Shown here: positions 18,286-26,532 of the stretch, one piece after another
Numbering within the stretch: position 1 is the stretch's first letter
Layout: every line of letters starts with the position of its first letter
Virus record (IMG/VR): IMGVR_UViG_3300021387_000141
Span: 26,191 to 90,190 of that record
From: a virus
Lineage: Duplodnaviria > Caudoviricetes
Direction: 5' to 3' (one strand)
Length of the DNA stretch: 64,000 nucleotides
The notes under the pieces: generated by a model
What the model saw: only the letters and a program-made list of their open reading frames with translations
The model's database searches: none
What the model was told of the DNA's origin: nothing
Position numbers and translations under genes: made by a program

Positions 18286-18569
18286 TGGAACCTACAATGA
18301 TTGCTGTATCCGGCGAGGAATCCCGGATCATTTCGATCGAAGATCAATATTATGTGATCACCGATTACAAAACTGCCGCGGACATGGAAGAAGAAAACTG
18401 GCACGCATTCAAAGTCGTGCGCTTTAATAATTCCTGGTGGCAGCCGCAGCTGAACGAGCGGTATTTGATCAACCGGGAAACGCTGGAGATCACGGACGAT
18501 CCCCGGGAATATTATGAAGAGCCGGTTATTCCGGATGAACCTGTTGAAGAAGAGGAGCCCAATGAATAG
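18285..18569 (+). CDS. Acidic hypothetical protein
   Basis: RBS AAGGAGG; TAATG overlap. Confidence 0.75.
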   Translation: MEPTMIAVSGEESRIISIEDQYYVITDYKTAADMEEENWHAFKVVRFNNSWWQPQLNERYLINRETLEITDDPREYYEEPVIPDEPVEEEEPNE

Positions 18570-18873
18570 TTATCTGATCGCAGCCTGTGTTCCGTTAGCT
18601 GTTTTGGTATTAGAACTGTTAAGTGAACAATACAACCTTCGGAAAAAGAATCGTGAAATATCGGAAGATATTTTTAATATCAGTTCTGAAATGACAGATT
18701 TGAGAATGTTTTATGACCGGCAGCAGAAAGAGCTGACGAAATTGCGCGCAGAGCTGGAAAAAGTCAGCAATGAACTCGTTGGGACGAAAGAGATGATCAC
18801 CCAGATGCAGGAGAACTACGGCCGGTTTTTCGGCGACGCGCAGATCGAAGGACAGTATAAACTTCACTTTTAA
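18562..18873 (+). CDS. Membrane-anchored coiled-coil protein
   Basis: RBS GAGGAG; hydrophobic N-terminus then heptad pattern. Confidence 0.7.
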   Translation: MNSYLIAACVPLAVLVLELLSEQYNLRKKNREISEDIFNISSEMTDLRMFYDRQQKELTKLRAELEKVSNELVGTKEMITQMQENYGRFFGDAQIEGQYKLHF

Positions 18874-18874
18874 T

Positions 18875-18900
18875 TCGCAGGATTTACAAAGCCTATATTG
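18875..18900 (+). promoter_or_regulatory. Phage promoter motif copy 9
   Basis: TCGCAGGATTTACAAAGCCTATATTG plus GAGCAGA/TCTGCTC hairpin. Confidence 0.75.
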
Positions 18901-18946
18901 AGCAGACATGGATGATCTGCTCTTTATTTTTAAATAGGAGAAAAAA

Positions 18947-19165
18947 GTGGAAACTATTGTTGTAGTTTGTGCTGTTGTCGCTACTGCGACATTTGTTGTT
19001 AAAACAATCGTTTCCTGGATTAAATCCGGGAAATACGAAAAGGAAGCGGCTTTGCGCCGCAAAGAAAATGAAACGCGAAGGGCGACCTTCGCAGAAGCCA
19101 GGCTGAACCGCCTGGAAGAAAAACTGAAAGAAAAAGAAAATGTCAATGAGGACATTGATTGGTAA
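18947..19165 (+). CDS. Small membrane-anchored protein
   Basis: RBS AGGAG with GTG; hydrophobic N-terminus. Confidence 0.75.
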   Translation: METIVVVCAVVATATFVVKTIVSWIKSGKYEKEAALRRKENETRRATFAEARLNRLEEKLKEKENVNEDIDW

Positions 19166-19247
19166 ATGAAAAGAGAGTCCGCAAGGGCTCTTATTTTTTT
19201 CAATCGCTGGCTGACCACAAGTCACCAGCCACTAAAGGAGAAATCTT

Positions 19248-19409
19248 ATGTCTAAAACTTTGAAAACTGTATTGTTCGGCATTTTTGGCCTGGTCGTTGT
19301 CGGTGTGTTGGGTTATGGGATCTACAGCTACGCCACCCATACCGGATATTTTGCTCCGGCAGAAACGGAAGTAACGGAAACGGTCGAAGAAGTAGAAATC
19401 AGCGAATAA
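19248..19409 (+). CDS. 53-aa membrane peptide (not in ORF track)
   Basis: RBS AAAGGAG; MSKTLKTVLFGIFGLVVVGVLGYGIYSYATHTGYFAPAETEVTETVEEVEISE*. Confidence 0.75.
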   Translation: MSKTLKTVLFGIFGLVVVGVLGYGIYSYATHTGYFAPAETEVTETVEEVEISE

Positions 19410-19412
19410 AGA

Positions 19413-19438
19413 TCGCGATATGCGCATGGCCTCTAATG
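19413..19438 (+). promoter_or_regulatory. Phage promoter motif copy 10
   Basis: TCGCGATATGCGCATGGCCTCTAATG plus GAGGAGAG/CTCTCCTC hairpin. Confidence 0.7.
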
Positions 19439-19480
19439 AGGAGAGATAAACTATATTACAACTCTCCTCTGGAGGAAAAA

Positions 19481-19876
19481 ATGACATCAATGTATAAAGT
19501 AGTTGTATCCACTATTGGATACAATCCAAATAATGAATGCCCAGAAAATCTCTGGGTAAATGTGAGCGATCCTAAACGGATCGTATCAAATAAAGCGCTT
19601 GGGCGTTTAAATGCCCAAGTGATAAAATTGAACAATGAAGTCGAAAGACTTCAATCTACTAATGGGTATTATGTACCCAGAAGAGACTACTTTTTCTACG
19701 TCGAAAAAGACGTAGAACATATAGGTAGGATTCAAATCCGCTATGAAGATAATGGCGGATACACTTACGAACCAGAGTACGAGTTGGTTATTACTGCCAA
19801 CTCGGCTAGACAGGCCCGAAGATGGGCCTTGAAGTGGACATTATTTAAAGTCCATAAATGGGAGATAGAGGATTAA
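19481..19876 (+). CDS. Hypothetical protein
   Basis: RBS GGAGG; start moved to 19481. Confidence 0.75.
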   Translation: MTSMYKVVVSTIGYNPNNECPENLWVNVSDPKRIVSNKALGRLNAQVIKLNNEVERLQSTNGYYVPRRDYFFYVEKDVEHIGRIQIRYEDNGGYTYEPEYELVITANSARQARRWALKWTLFKVHKWEIED

Positions 19877-20050
19877 TTTCCTCACTCCCTATTTTTTTTT
19901 CAACTTCACCTCTCATTAAAAGCACATACAGCAAGTCGTTATTTTGGAAGAGATGGCCGGGGAACTCCCGGCGATGCTTTGTCCGGAGAGGTGAGCATTG
20001 AGGAGCATGAAACATTGCTCCTCTTTTTTTTCTTAGTGAAAGGAAACAAA

Positions 20051-20530
20051 GTGGAATATTCTAAAAAAGAGATCACAGCAAAAGATAAGATCAAAAAATT
20101 AATGGACTATGTACAAGCTGCGCAGGAGTTTACAAACCAATTGATCAATTATTTAAAGGGGATCGACTGCATGACTCACAACAGCGAAGGCGTTTACGCG
20201 GATGAGATTGAAGAAAGCGAACTGCACGGTTTTGACTGGGATGACGGTCACGCTTATTTAGCTACGGATTTTACCATTGATGAACTTCCGGAAGCTTTAG
20301 CCTCTATCAGCAATGACATGGATGAAAAAATACGGGATCTTGAAGAAAAAGATCGAATGAATGACGCATATCGAAAGATCTATACTTATTTTAAAAATGA
20401 TCCGTCCTTATGTTTCAGTTCTGTTTCAGAAACAAAACTGAAGGAATTTTATCATGTCTGCCTGAACATTGCCGAAATGTCGGAAAGCAAATTCATTGAA
20501 AATGTTTTTGAAGCGCAGAAAGGAAAATAA
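20051..20530 (+). CDS. Hypothetical protein
   Basis: RBS AAAGGA with GTG; start moved from 19979. Confidence 0.7.
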   Translation: MEYSKKEITAKDKIKKLMDYVQAAQEFTNQLINYLKGIDCMTHNSEGVYADEIEESELHGFDWDDGHAYLATDFTIDELPEALASISNDMDEKIRDLEEKDRMNDAYRKIYTYFKNDPSLCFSSVSETKLKEFYHVCLNIAEMSESKFIENVFEAQKGK

Positions 20531-20532
20531 GT

Positions 20533-20964
20533 ATGTCCATGTTTTTTGTAGTGCAGTGCAACGGCAAATTCGATAAAAAAGATCACCTCTGGGATGACGG
20601 CATTACTTTATTCCAGGAACCTGATCATATGACCAAAAGAGAGGTCCTTGAATTCATTGATATTCTCAAAGCAGACATGCCGAACCTGGATAAGTCAACC
20701 TGCCCGGACGTGCAGGAGCTGCAGTGCCGGGAACCGGACACCGGGATGCGTCTGGTGATTTTACTGGTGAAAGCCAAGGGCTATCAGCAGGCGGCGGAAA
20801 AAGCGCGGAAATTCTGTGATATTTGGTATAAGCCGAAAAAGACCCCGCGTAAAAAGCAGTTCACGGCCAAAGAACTGCTCAATGCTATTCCGAAAGGGAT
20901 CCGGCAGGCTTCGCAAGGGCAATATGATTTTCCCTATTATTCCAAACGCCTGAACTGGAGATGA
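20533..20964 (+). CDS. Hypothetical protein
   Basis: Operonic, RBS AAAGGA. Confidence 0.75.
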   Translation: MSMFFVVQCNGKFDKKDHLWDDGITLFQEPDHMTKREVLEFIDILKADMPNLDKSTCPDVQELQCREPDTGMRLVILLVKAKGYQQAAEKARKFCDIWYKPKKTPRKKQFTAKELLNAIPKGIRQASQGQYDFPYYSKRLNWR

Positions 20965-20965
20965 A

Positions 20966-21433
20966 ATGAACCTTGATAAACTGAATGAATTATTTCCGAT
21001 AAACGATGAGACGGTCAATATTGACTGGACTCACAAATCAACTTCGACCGCTCCCGAGGGTTATTCCAAAACAAATGGTAATGTCTATTCTCCGTCTGAT
21101 AAATGGACAGCTGAACCGATTTCGGAAAAAAACTTTGAAATCTGTCATCCGGTCCAGGTTATGTCCGGAGAACAAAATACTGAAGTATTGAATAATCCGC
21201 TGACCTGGGAAGAGATCCAGAATTATGTCGGCTGTCCGGTTTGGACGGTGCCGGATAACAGTAAAGAATTACCGGCATGGAGTTTACTTGTCAGAACGCA
21301 GAACATTTTTGATGCCGGCAGCTGGGATACAAAGAAAACGGTCGTGATCACTTCGATAATTTCGTTCGATCGGGTCGTTGATTTTTGCAAGTATCGGTTT
21401 TACAAAGAACCACAGCCGGTCGATAAAAGGTGA
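20966..21433 (+). CDS. Hypothetical protein with internal PLTWEEIQ..CPVW motif
   Basis: RBS GGAG; motif shared with 9201-9449. Confidence 0.7.
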   Translation: MNLDKLNELFPINDETVNIDWTHKSTSTAPEGYSKTNGNVYSPSDKWTAEPISEKNFEICHPVQVMSGEQNTEVLNNPLTWEEIQNYVGCPVWTVPDNSKELPAWSLLVRTQNIFDAGSWDTKKTVVITSIISFDRVVDFCKYRFYKEPQPVDKR

Positions 21434-22002
21434 TCAACATGAATGAAGAGATAAATTGGAATGTTCCGTACGCGTCATTTTTTAATGCCGGTGAATGGAA
21501 CGCGACGATCGAAATAGACGAACTCAATGAAAATGCAATAAAGGATATTTTTGATATGAACAATAATGATGTGAAATCTTACACTTTTAAATTGGTTTAC
21601 CCATGGTGTAAACAGGATGAAGAAAAAACGACTGAACCCCTTGGGAAAGTCAAACTTGAAAATGCGAATCAGGCGATGCTCCGATTTTTACAGAGCAACG
21701 GCTTTGTGATCTACAAAGATATTTACGACGCTTTCGGCATGAAGTACAAAAAAGCAGACCCGGAAGTCTTTCGTTTTTACTGCGGGGATTACAAAGCTTA
21801 CCAGCTTTATCTTCGGAAACTGATCGCCGTCGGGAAAGAACGTGTGACCGGCGCGGAAGCGAATGCTGACGGCCTGCACCGGGACGCTGAACGTTATCTT
21901 AACCTTGAGCAGCGCGAACGGGAAAAAGCGAAACGATGGAACGAAGACGCGAACCGGCTGCAGGATTTTCTGGATTTTACTTATGAAAAGGAAGAGGATT
22001 AA
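21430..22002 (+). CDS. Hypothetical protein, YCGD paralog 1
   Basis: FRFYCGDYKAYQLYL. Confidence 0.7.
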   Translation: MINMNEEINWNVPYASFFNAGEWNATIEIDELNENAIKDIFDMNNNDVKSYTFKLVYPWCKQDEEKTTEPLGKVKLENANQAMLRFLQSNGFVIYKDIYDAFGMKYKKADPEVFRFYCGDYKAYQLYLRKLIAVGKERVTGAEANADGLHRDAERYLNLEQREREKAKRWNEDANRLQDFLDFTYEKEED

Positions 22003-22373
22003 TGATAGAAAAAGATATTTACATCAAGCTGACGCTTCAGATCGAAGATGAATCAAAAGATGAGCAAAATCTGCGCGAAGCATTTTCCGAACTGATCAAA
22101 CGCCGGAAGCGCTGCGGATTTTTGATCGCCCATGACCTGGATGCTCTGTTGGATCTGGAATCGGAGAATCCTTATATTCTCTACTGCGGTGATAAGAAGC
22201 TTTACCGCGAATGGATCGATTTACAAATTAAACTTTGTTCAATACGAAAATCATATTTTAGGGATTATTATAAACAATACCCATGGCTTTTGGAAAACAC
22301 GATAAAAGAAATTTCCGATGAAGAAACACAGATGAGAATGGCTTTAAAAGAACTGGATAAGGACGAAGAATGA
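22002..22373 (+). CDS. Hypothetical protein, YCGD paralog 2
   Basis: ENPYILYCGDKKLYREW. Confidence 0.75.
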   Translation: MIEKDIYIKLTLQIEDESKDEQNLREAFSELIKRRKRCGFLIAHDLDALLDLESENPYILYCGDKKLYREWIDLQIKLCSIRKSYFRDYYKQYPWLLENTIKEISDEETQMRMALKELDKDEE

Positions 22374-22765
22374 TCGAAAAAACTTTTACCTTTGATAACA
22401 ATACCATGCCGATGGTAAACATCAAGATCGATTTTGACATTGTGGGCTATGATCCTGCCGATGACAAACTTTGTGAAGGTTTTTCAAAATTGATGCAGCT
22501 CCGCAATAACAGAAAGTTTTTGATCATGAAGGATCTGAAAGACTGTCTTAATCTGAAATCTATTGAAAATCCTTATATTTTCTACTGCGGTGATAAAAAA
22601 ATTTATCGCCAATGGGCCGATAATGAACTGCAGATGCTTTTAGTTGAACTTAGAATGAATGGTGTTAATCATTGGAATTCCTGTTTTAAAGATTATGAAA
22701 TGAGAAAAAAACTCGATCTTATTCGATCAGCTATAATAGCTGATGAATTGGACAAGGAGAACTGA
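22370..22765 (+). CDS. Hypothetical protein, YCGD paralog 3
   Basis: ENPYIFYCGDKKIYRQW. Confidence 0.75.
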   Translation: MIEKTFTFDNNTMPMVNIKIDFDIVGYDPADDKLCEGFSKLMQLRNNRKFLIMKDLKDCLNLKSIENPYIFYCGDKKIYRQWADNELQMLLVELRMNGVNHWNSCFKDYEMRKKLDLIRSAIIADELDKEN

Positions 22766-23304
22766 TGAAAAAAGCATATATTGTTCTGCTGTTTATCATT
22801 TTTGTGATGCTCCTGACCGGATGTGATAGCTTTTACACGCCCAGTGAAAAGGAAGTCAAAAGTCAGATGAATATTGCGGACCGCATGGTCGAAGCTCAGC
22901 CAATCCCTCAGGATATCGAATACTCGCTGGAACGCTATAACCTGATCCGGCGGGCTTATTGGGTGAACGGACAGCGGGAGAAGGCTAACTCCTTCCCCTG
23001 TATCGTTTCCAAACCGCTGGGTTATATTCTGCTCTTCACCGAATCCGGTTCCATCGTCGGGAATTTCATCGTTGACGGAAAAGTATCTTCCCTGAATGCA
23101 TATTTAACACCGGACAGTGAATACTATTCCACCACCAGCAGTTTTAATGCCTGGCTGGCAGATGTGGATGGAAGCTACGGCCAAAACGACTCCGGCATTT
23201 TCTTCTTCACGCCGGACGGTAAATACATCGAATGGACCGGGATCTATTTATATTCCGATATCCCGTTCGAAGTCGAAACGACTTTGTTGACCATAGGAAA
23301 GTGA
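22765..23304 (+). CDS. Lipoprotein
   Basis: Signal MKKAYIVLLFIIFVMLLTG-C with lipobox LTGC. Confidence 0.8.
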   Translation: MKKAYIVLLFIIFVMLLTGCDSFYTPSEKEVKSQMNIADRMVEAQPIPQDIEYSLERYNLIRRAYWVNGQREKANSFPCIVSKPLGYILLFTESGSIVGNFIVDGKVSSLNAYLTPDSEYYSTTSSFNAWLADVDGSYGQNDSGIFFFTPDGKYIEWTGIYLYSDIPFEVETTLLTIGK

Positions 23305-23305
23305 T

Positions 23306-23698
23306 ATGAATAAATTCTTGTATACTTTACTGCTCGTTATTCTGGTGCTTGCCCTCGCGGCAGGCTTTTATTTTACCTGTTTCCCTCAGGGACGTGCTAT
23401 GTGGAACACCTACCAAAACTCTCTTCATAAAATCGACGACCGGACCACGTATGAACAGCGCAAGCTGGTCGAAGACACCTGCCGTTCGATGATCGCATCC
23501 TGGAATGCGGATATTCTGATCTATAAACAATATCGTAAGTCCGACTCGCCCGAAAAGCAGAGTTGGGCGGAAGAAGCCCTGATGCGTGCCAACAAAACGG
23601 CCGTGACTTACAACGAGTATATTCTCAAGAACAGCTATGTCTTCCAGGGCAACATCCCTTCTGATATTTATGCTGTCATCACTCCGATCACGGATTAA
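23306..23698 (+). CDS. Membrane-anchored protein paired with the lipoprotein
   Basis: N-terminal hydrophobic helix; starts right after the lipoprotein stop. Confidence 0.75.
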   Translation: MNKFLYTLLLVILVLALAAGFYFTCFPQGRAMWNTYQNSLHKIDDRTTYEQRKLVEDTCRSMIASWNADILIYKQYRKSDSPEKQSWAEEALMRANKTAVTYNEYILKNSYVFQGNIPSDIYAVITPITD

Positions 23699-23707
23699 GG
23701 AGAAACA

Positions 23708-24082
23708 ATGAAAGCGACTGACTTGCAAGGTATTGAACTGTCTTATAACGAAAACGGTGAGATCGAATTTCTGGTGTCCTATGGTTACGGCGCCGGTTGG
23801 CTGACCTGGAACGGTTATGATTACCGCCTGATATTTGACAAGCGTATCATCGATTATCTGCGTGAGCATCAGGGCAATATTAATCGAATAAATGATGATG
23901 AAGTCAAAGCATTTTTCAAGCAGCTCGGCTACTATGACGATGACCACTATTTATATTTCGGCGGCTTTTGGAAATGTCAAATCGAATCTCTTCCGAAAGG
24001 AACCATATTTCGGCTTGACGAGTATGATGGATCGGAAAGCGTTGAAATTTATGATCCCGATTATTCTTTTATGGAAGTTTAA
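23708..24082 (+). CDS. Hypothetical phage protein (VSYGYGAGW motif)
   Basis: RBS AAGGAG. Confidence 0.75.
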   Translation: MKATDLQGIELSYNENGEIEFLVSYGYGAGWLTWNGYDYRLIFDKRIIDYLREHQGNINRINDDEVKAFFKQLGYYDDDHYLYFGGFWKCQIESLPKGTIFRLDEYDGSESVEIYDPDYSFMEV

Positions 24083-24100
24083 TATGAATAAGGAAGGTAC

Positions 24101-24580
24101 ATGGAATACACACTGCAGAATTGTATTTTAAACGCAAGCAGACTGAAACGCCGTGAACATGTTCTCAGCGTCCTGACGGACAATGATATTCTGAACTTCA
24201 CCGACCTTGTGAACCGGCCGCTCCCGACCAAAGGCCTCTGGAAATCGGAGTTCGCATATTTGCGGGATCTTCGGCAGAAAGAAGCCGCGCTTCAATCCAT
24301 GTTCCACCACAGCGAGATCGAATTGAAACGGACGCTGGATGGATATTTTACCAAACATGAGGCCAGCCGGGTATTCCACGTTTTGACGGCAAATAAAATC
24401 TCGTCGGTACGCTTACTGGCCAGTGCCAGCATCAGCAGACTCCGGGATATTTACGGCATCGGCCCCAAGTCGATTGATATTTTGATGAAACTCAAAACCG
24501 ATCTCTGGAATCGGGCGGAAGAAGACGCAAAGTATAAAGCGCAGTACACGCAAACTGCCGTGTCTTTGACCGCCTTCTGA
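24101..24580 (+). CDS. Protein with alpha-CTD/HhH-like domains
   Basis: ASRVFHVLTANKISSVRLLASASISRLRDIYGIGPKSIDIL. Confidence 0.6.
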   Translation: MEYTLQNCILNASRLKRREHVLSVLTDNDILNFTDLVNRPLPTKGLWKSEFAYLRDLRQKEAALQSMFHHSEIELKRTLDGYFTKHEASRVFHVLTANKISSVRLLASASISRLRDIYGIGPKSIDILMKLKTDLWNRAEEDAKYKAQYTQTAVSLTAF

Positions 24581-24662
24581 GCTTCATACTCACTGATATT
24601 TCAAACCAAGGCCCGTGAGATTTGCACGGGCTTTTATTTTTTAAAGGAGAACAACAAATACT

Positions 24663-24845
24663 ATGCCGGGAGATCCCTATCGCAAAGAACAACTGGTATT
24701 AAAAATTTACAAGTATCTGGATGAAGGATATTTGGTCAGCGAGATCGCTGAAATTCTGGACATGCCGGAAGAAAAGATCTGGCAGATCATTGAGTCCGTT
24801 GAAAAGGAAGACGAACCGAAAGGTTATGAATATTATCGAAGGTAA
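24663..24845 (+). CDS. Small HTH DNA-binding protein
   Basis: LDEGYLVSEIAEILDMPEEKIWQII (sigma region 4-like). Confidence 0.7.
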   Translation: MPGDPYRKEQLVLKIYKYLDEGYLVSEIAEILDMPEEKIWQIIESVEKEDEPKGYEYYRR

Positions 24846-24848
24846 GCC

Positions 24849-25118
24849 ATGAACACATGCTACTGGAACTGCCTCAGCTGGAACAAGCTCACTTCTCCTG
24901 AAATGATCGACAAAGATATTCTGATCATTTACCGCGGACCGGACTTTGATGATATTCATCTGGCCCCGCAGAAAGTCGTTCAGATCATCGGGACCGATCA
25001 TGTGGAGAACGAGCGGGTCCTCATTGTTTATGATCACGATGAGGATGATATTTTTCTGATCACCCGGGAGGGCAAAGGCCGTCTCTGGGAGACCTATCAG
25101 ATCATGGAAGGGTTTTGA
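24849..25118 (+). CDS. Hypothetical protein
   Basis: Operonic. Confidence 0.7.
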   Translation: MNTCYWNCLSWNKLTSPEMIDKDILIIYRGPDFDDIHLAPQKVVQIIGTDHVENERVLIVYDHDEDDIFLITREGKGRLWETYQIMEGF

Positions 25119-25121
25119 TTT

Positions 25122-25322
25122 ATGACACAGCCGATCAGTAATGTTATTTCCGGTGTGAAATGCTGCATCAGTGATTGCGGGACCGCTTCCCACTGCAAGA
25201 GTTGTCCGTACGACTCTTTAGATCCCGAAAAGGAATCCTGCGAGGATGCGCTGGCCCGTGACATTTTAGTATATTTAACAAACTATGAAGAACTTTTAGA
25301 AAAAGTTCCTTGTACGGAGTAA
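25122..25322 (+). CDS. Cys-rich protein, paralog A
   Basis: CCISDC..CKSCPY..C..LARDIL. Confidence 0.7.
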   Translation: MTQPISNVISGVKCCISDCGTASHCKSCPYDSLDPEKESCEDALARDILVYLTNYEELLEKVPCTE

Positions 25323-25324
25323 GA

Positions 25325-25606
25325 ATGGCAATCAGAAAAGATCTTGATCAAGTGATCGAAGGATTTTTACAATGTGAATATCGAGACTGCACCTGTACCG
25401 CCTGTCCTTATAACGAATCAGACGATTGTACGGCCGAACTGCGGGATGATATTTGGTATTACCTGCATCAGTTATATTTGCAGGAACAACCGACGACGAT
25501 CGAACAGCCGCCGCTTCCGGGTCTGGAAGCAGAACCCGAGACGTTTGAAGACAAGCTGGAACGGATCGCGGATATTTTGAAAGAGAAACAACATGAACGA
25601 AGATGA
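25325..25606 (+). CDS. Cys-rich protein, paralog B
   Basis: CEYRDCTCTACPY..C..LRDDIW; RBS GGAG. Confidence 0.7.
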   Translation: MAIRKDLDQVIEGFLQCEYRDCTCTACPYNESDDCTAELRDDIWYYLHQLYLQEQPTTIEQPPLPGLEAEPETFEDKLERIADILKEKQHERR

Positions 25607-25772
25607 TGAACTGGATCCGCTGGTCCGACAATATTTTGATGCACTTCGGAAGATTGGTGCGCTGTTCATAGAAGCCGCCGATAATTTTCAGAATGACTGT
25701 CCTGAACCTGACGATGTTGTCGAAGTTTATGAAGTGAAACGGGAGCTTCCGGAGGGTAAAAAAGAATCGTAA
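25593..25772 (+). CDS. 59-aa acidic protein (not in ORF track)
   Basis: MNEDDELDPLVRQYFDALRKIG...ELPEGKKES*. Confidence 0.55.
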   Translation: MNEDDELDPLVRQYFDALRKIGALFIEAADNFQNDCPEPDDVVEVYEVKRELPEGKKES

Positions 25773-25779
25773 GGACGCG

Positions 25780-26070
25780 ATTTTCTGTGCCCACTTTTGT
25801 GGCCAGAAAGAAGCCAATGCCCACTTTTTTTGAAAACTTGATGATTTTCAGCCTTGGCCAAAATGCAAAATGGCCAGAAAAAGTGGGCACGTGGCCAGTT
25901 TTTTTTAAAAAGTGGGCACGGATTTTTTAGCAATTTCCCGAGTAAAATCGGGCAAAAAAGGGCTTTCTGCCCACTTGCCCACTTTTTTTTCTTATTTAAT
26001 GCGCAAAGTAAAAAAATTAAAATATATAATAAATAGAGAAAAAAACTGGCCATCTGGCCACAGCCCATTT
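25780..26070. repeat. TGCCCACTT/TGGCCA repeat field, putative replication origin
   Basis: Six TGCCCACTT (4 forward, 2 reverse), six TGGCCA, A/T tracts, non-coding. Confidence 0.6.
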
Positions 26071-26106
26071 TTTTACTGATAAAAGGCCCCTCCTTCTGAT
26101 TTTTCA

Positions 26107-26115
26107 TGCTATACT
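26107..26115 (+). promoter_or_regulatory. Extended -10 host-type promoter element
   Basis: TGCTATACT upstream of RBS AGGAGG. Confidence 0.5.
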
Positions 26116-26142
26116 TTGAAAACAGAAAGGAGGTCGAATTCA

Positions 26143-26439
26143 TTGCCCGGTTATTTTTACGATCCTGATTACGGAGCCCGTTTTATGGATCAGTTGGAAG
26201 AAGTGTATGATCACCACGGAAACTGTATTTTAACAGAATGCTGCGGCGTCTATTGGATGTGGGATCCGTATCATGAAAACTATATTTGTCCGAAGTGCGG
26301 AAGAACGGTGTCACGCAGCTCATTTTTGAAAAACTACGTTCCGGCATACGGCCCGGAATGTTTCAGCTGTCGGACCAACTTTCCGCAGTGTGTTATTTGT
26401 CATAAGAACCATCAGAAAGAGTTAGATGATAGGGAATAG
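26143..26439 (+). CDS. Cys-rich zinc-finger protein
   Basis: TECCG, CPKCG, CFSC, CVIC; RBS AGGAGG with TTG start. Confidence 0.7.
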   Translation: MPGYFYDPDYGARFMDQLEEVYDHHGNCILTECCGVYWMWDPYHENYICPKCGRTVSRSSFLKNYVPAYGPECFSCRTNFPQCVICHKNHQKELDDRE

Positions 26440-26525
26440 GTCATAGGGACTGGGGAATAGTTTTAATAAGATGACAGCGAAGCTGTCTTCCTATTTTTAA
26501 CTAGCCCCTAATCCCTAACCCCTAA
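26430..26525. repeat. Inverted heptamer-array element (STRR-like)
   Basis: TAGGGAA TAGGTCA TAGGGAC TGGGGAA ... GACAGC/GCTGTC hairpin ... TAGCCCC TAATCCC TAACCCC. Confidence 0.6.
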
Positions 26526-26532
26526 AAAGCTC

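Noticed and set aside
19204-19230. TCGC after a terminator as a promoter copy
   Set aside because: The CCT and ATG blocks are missing; at best a decayed copy replaced by a hairpin
13283-19480. CRISPR-like array from the recurring motifs
   Set aside because: Spacing is irregular and gene-sized, and the repeats are degenerate promoter/terminator parts
26502-26525. Telomere-like CCCTAA repeats
   Set aside because: The period is 7 nt, internal, and paired with an inverted array; better explained as STRR-like
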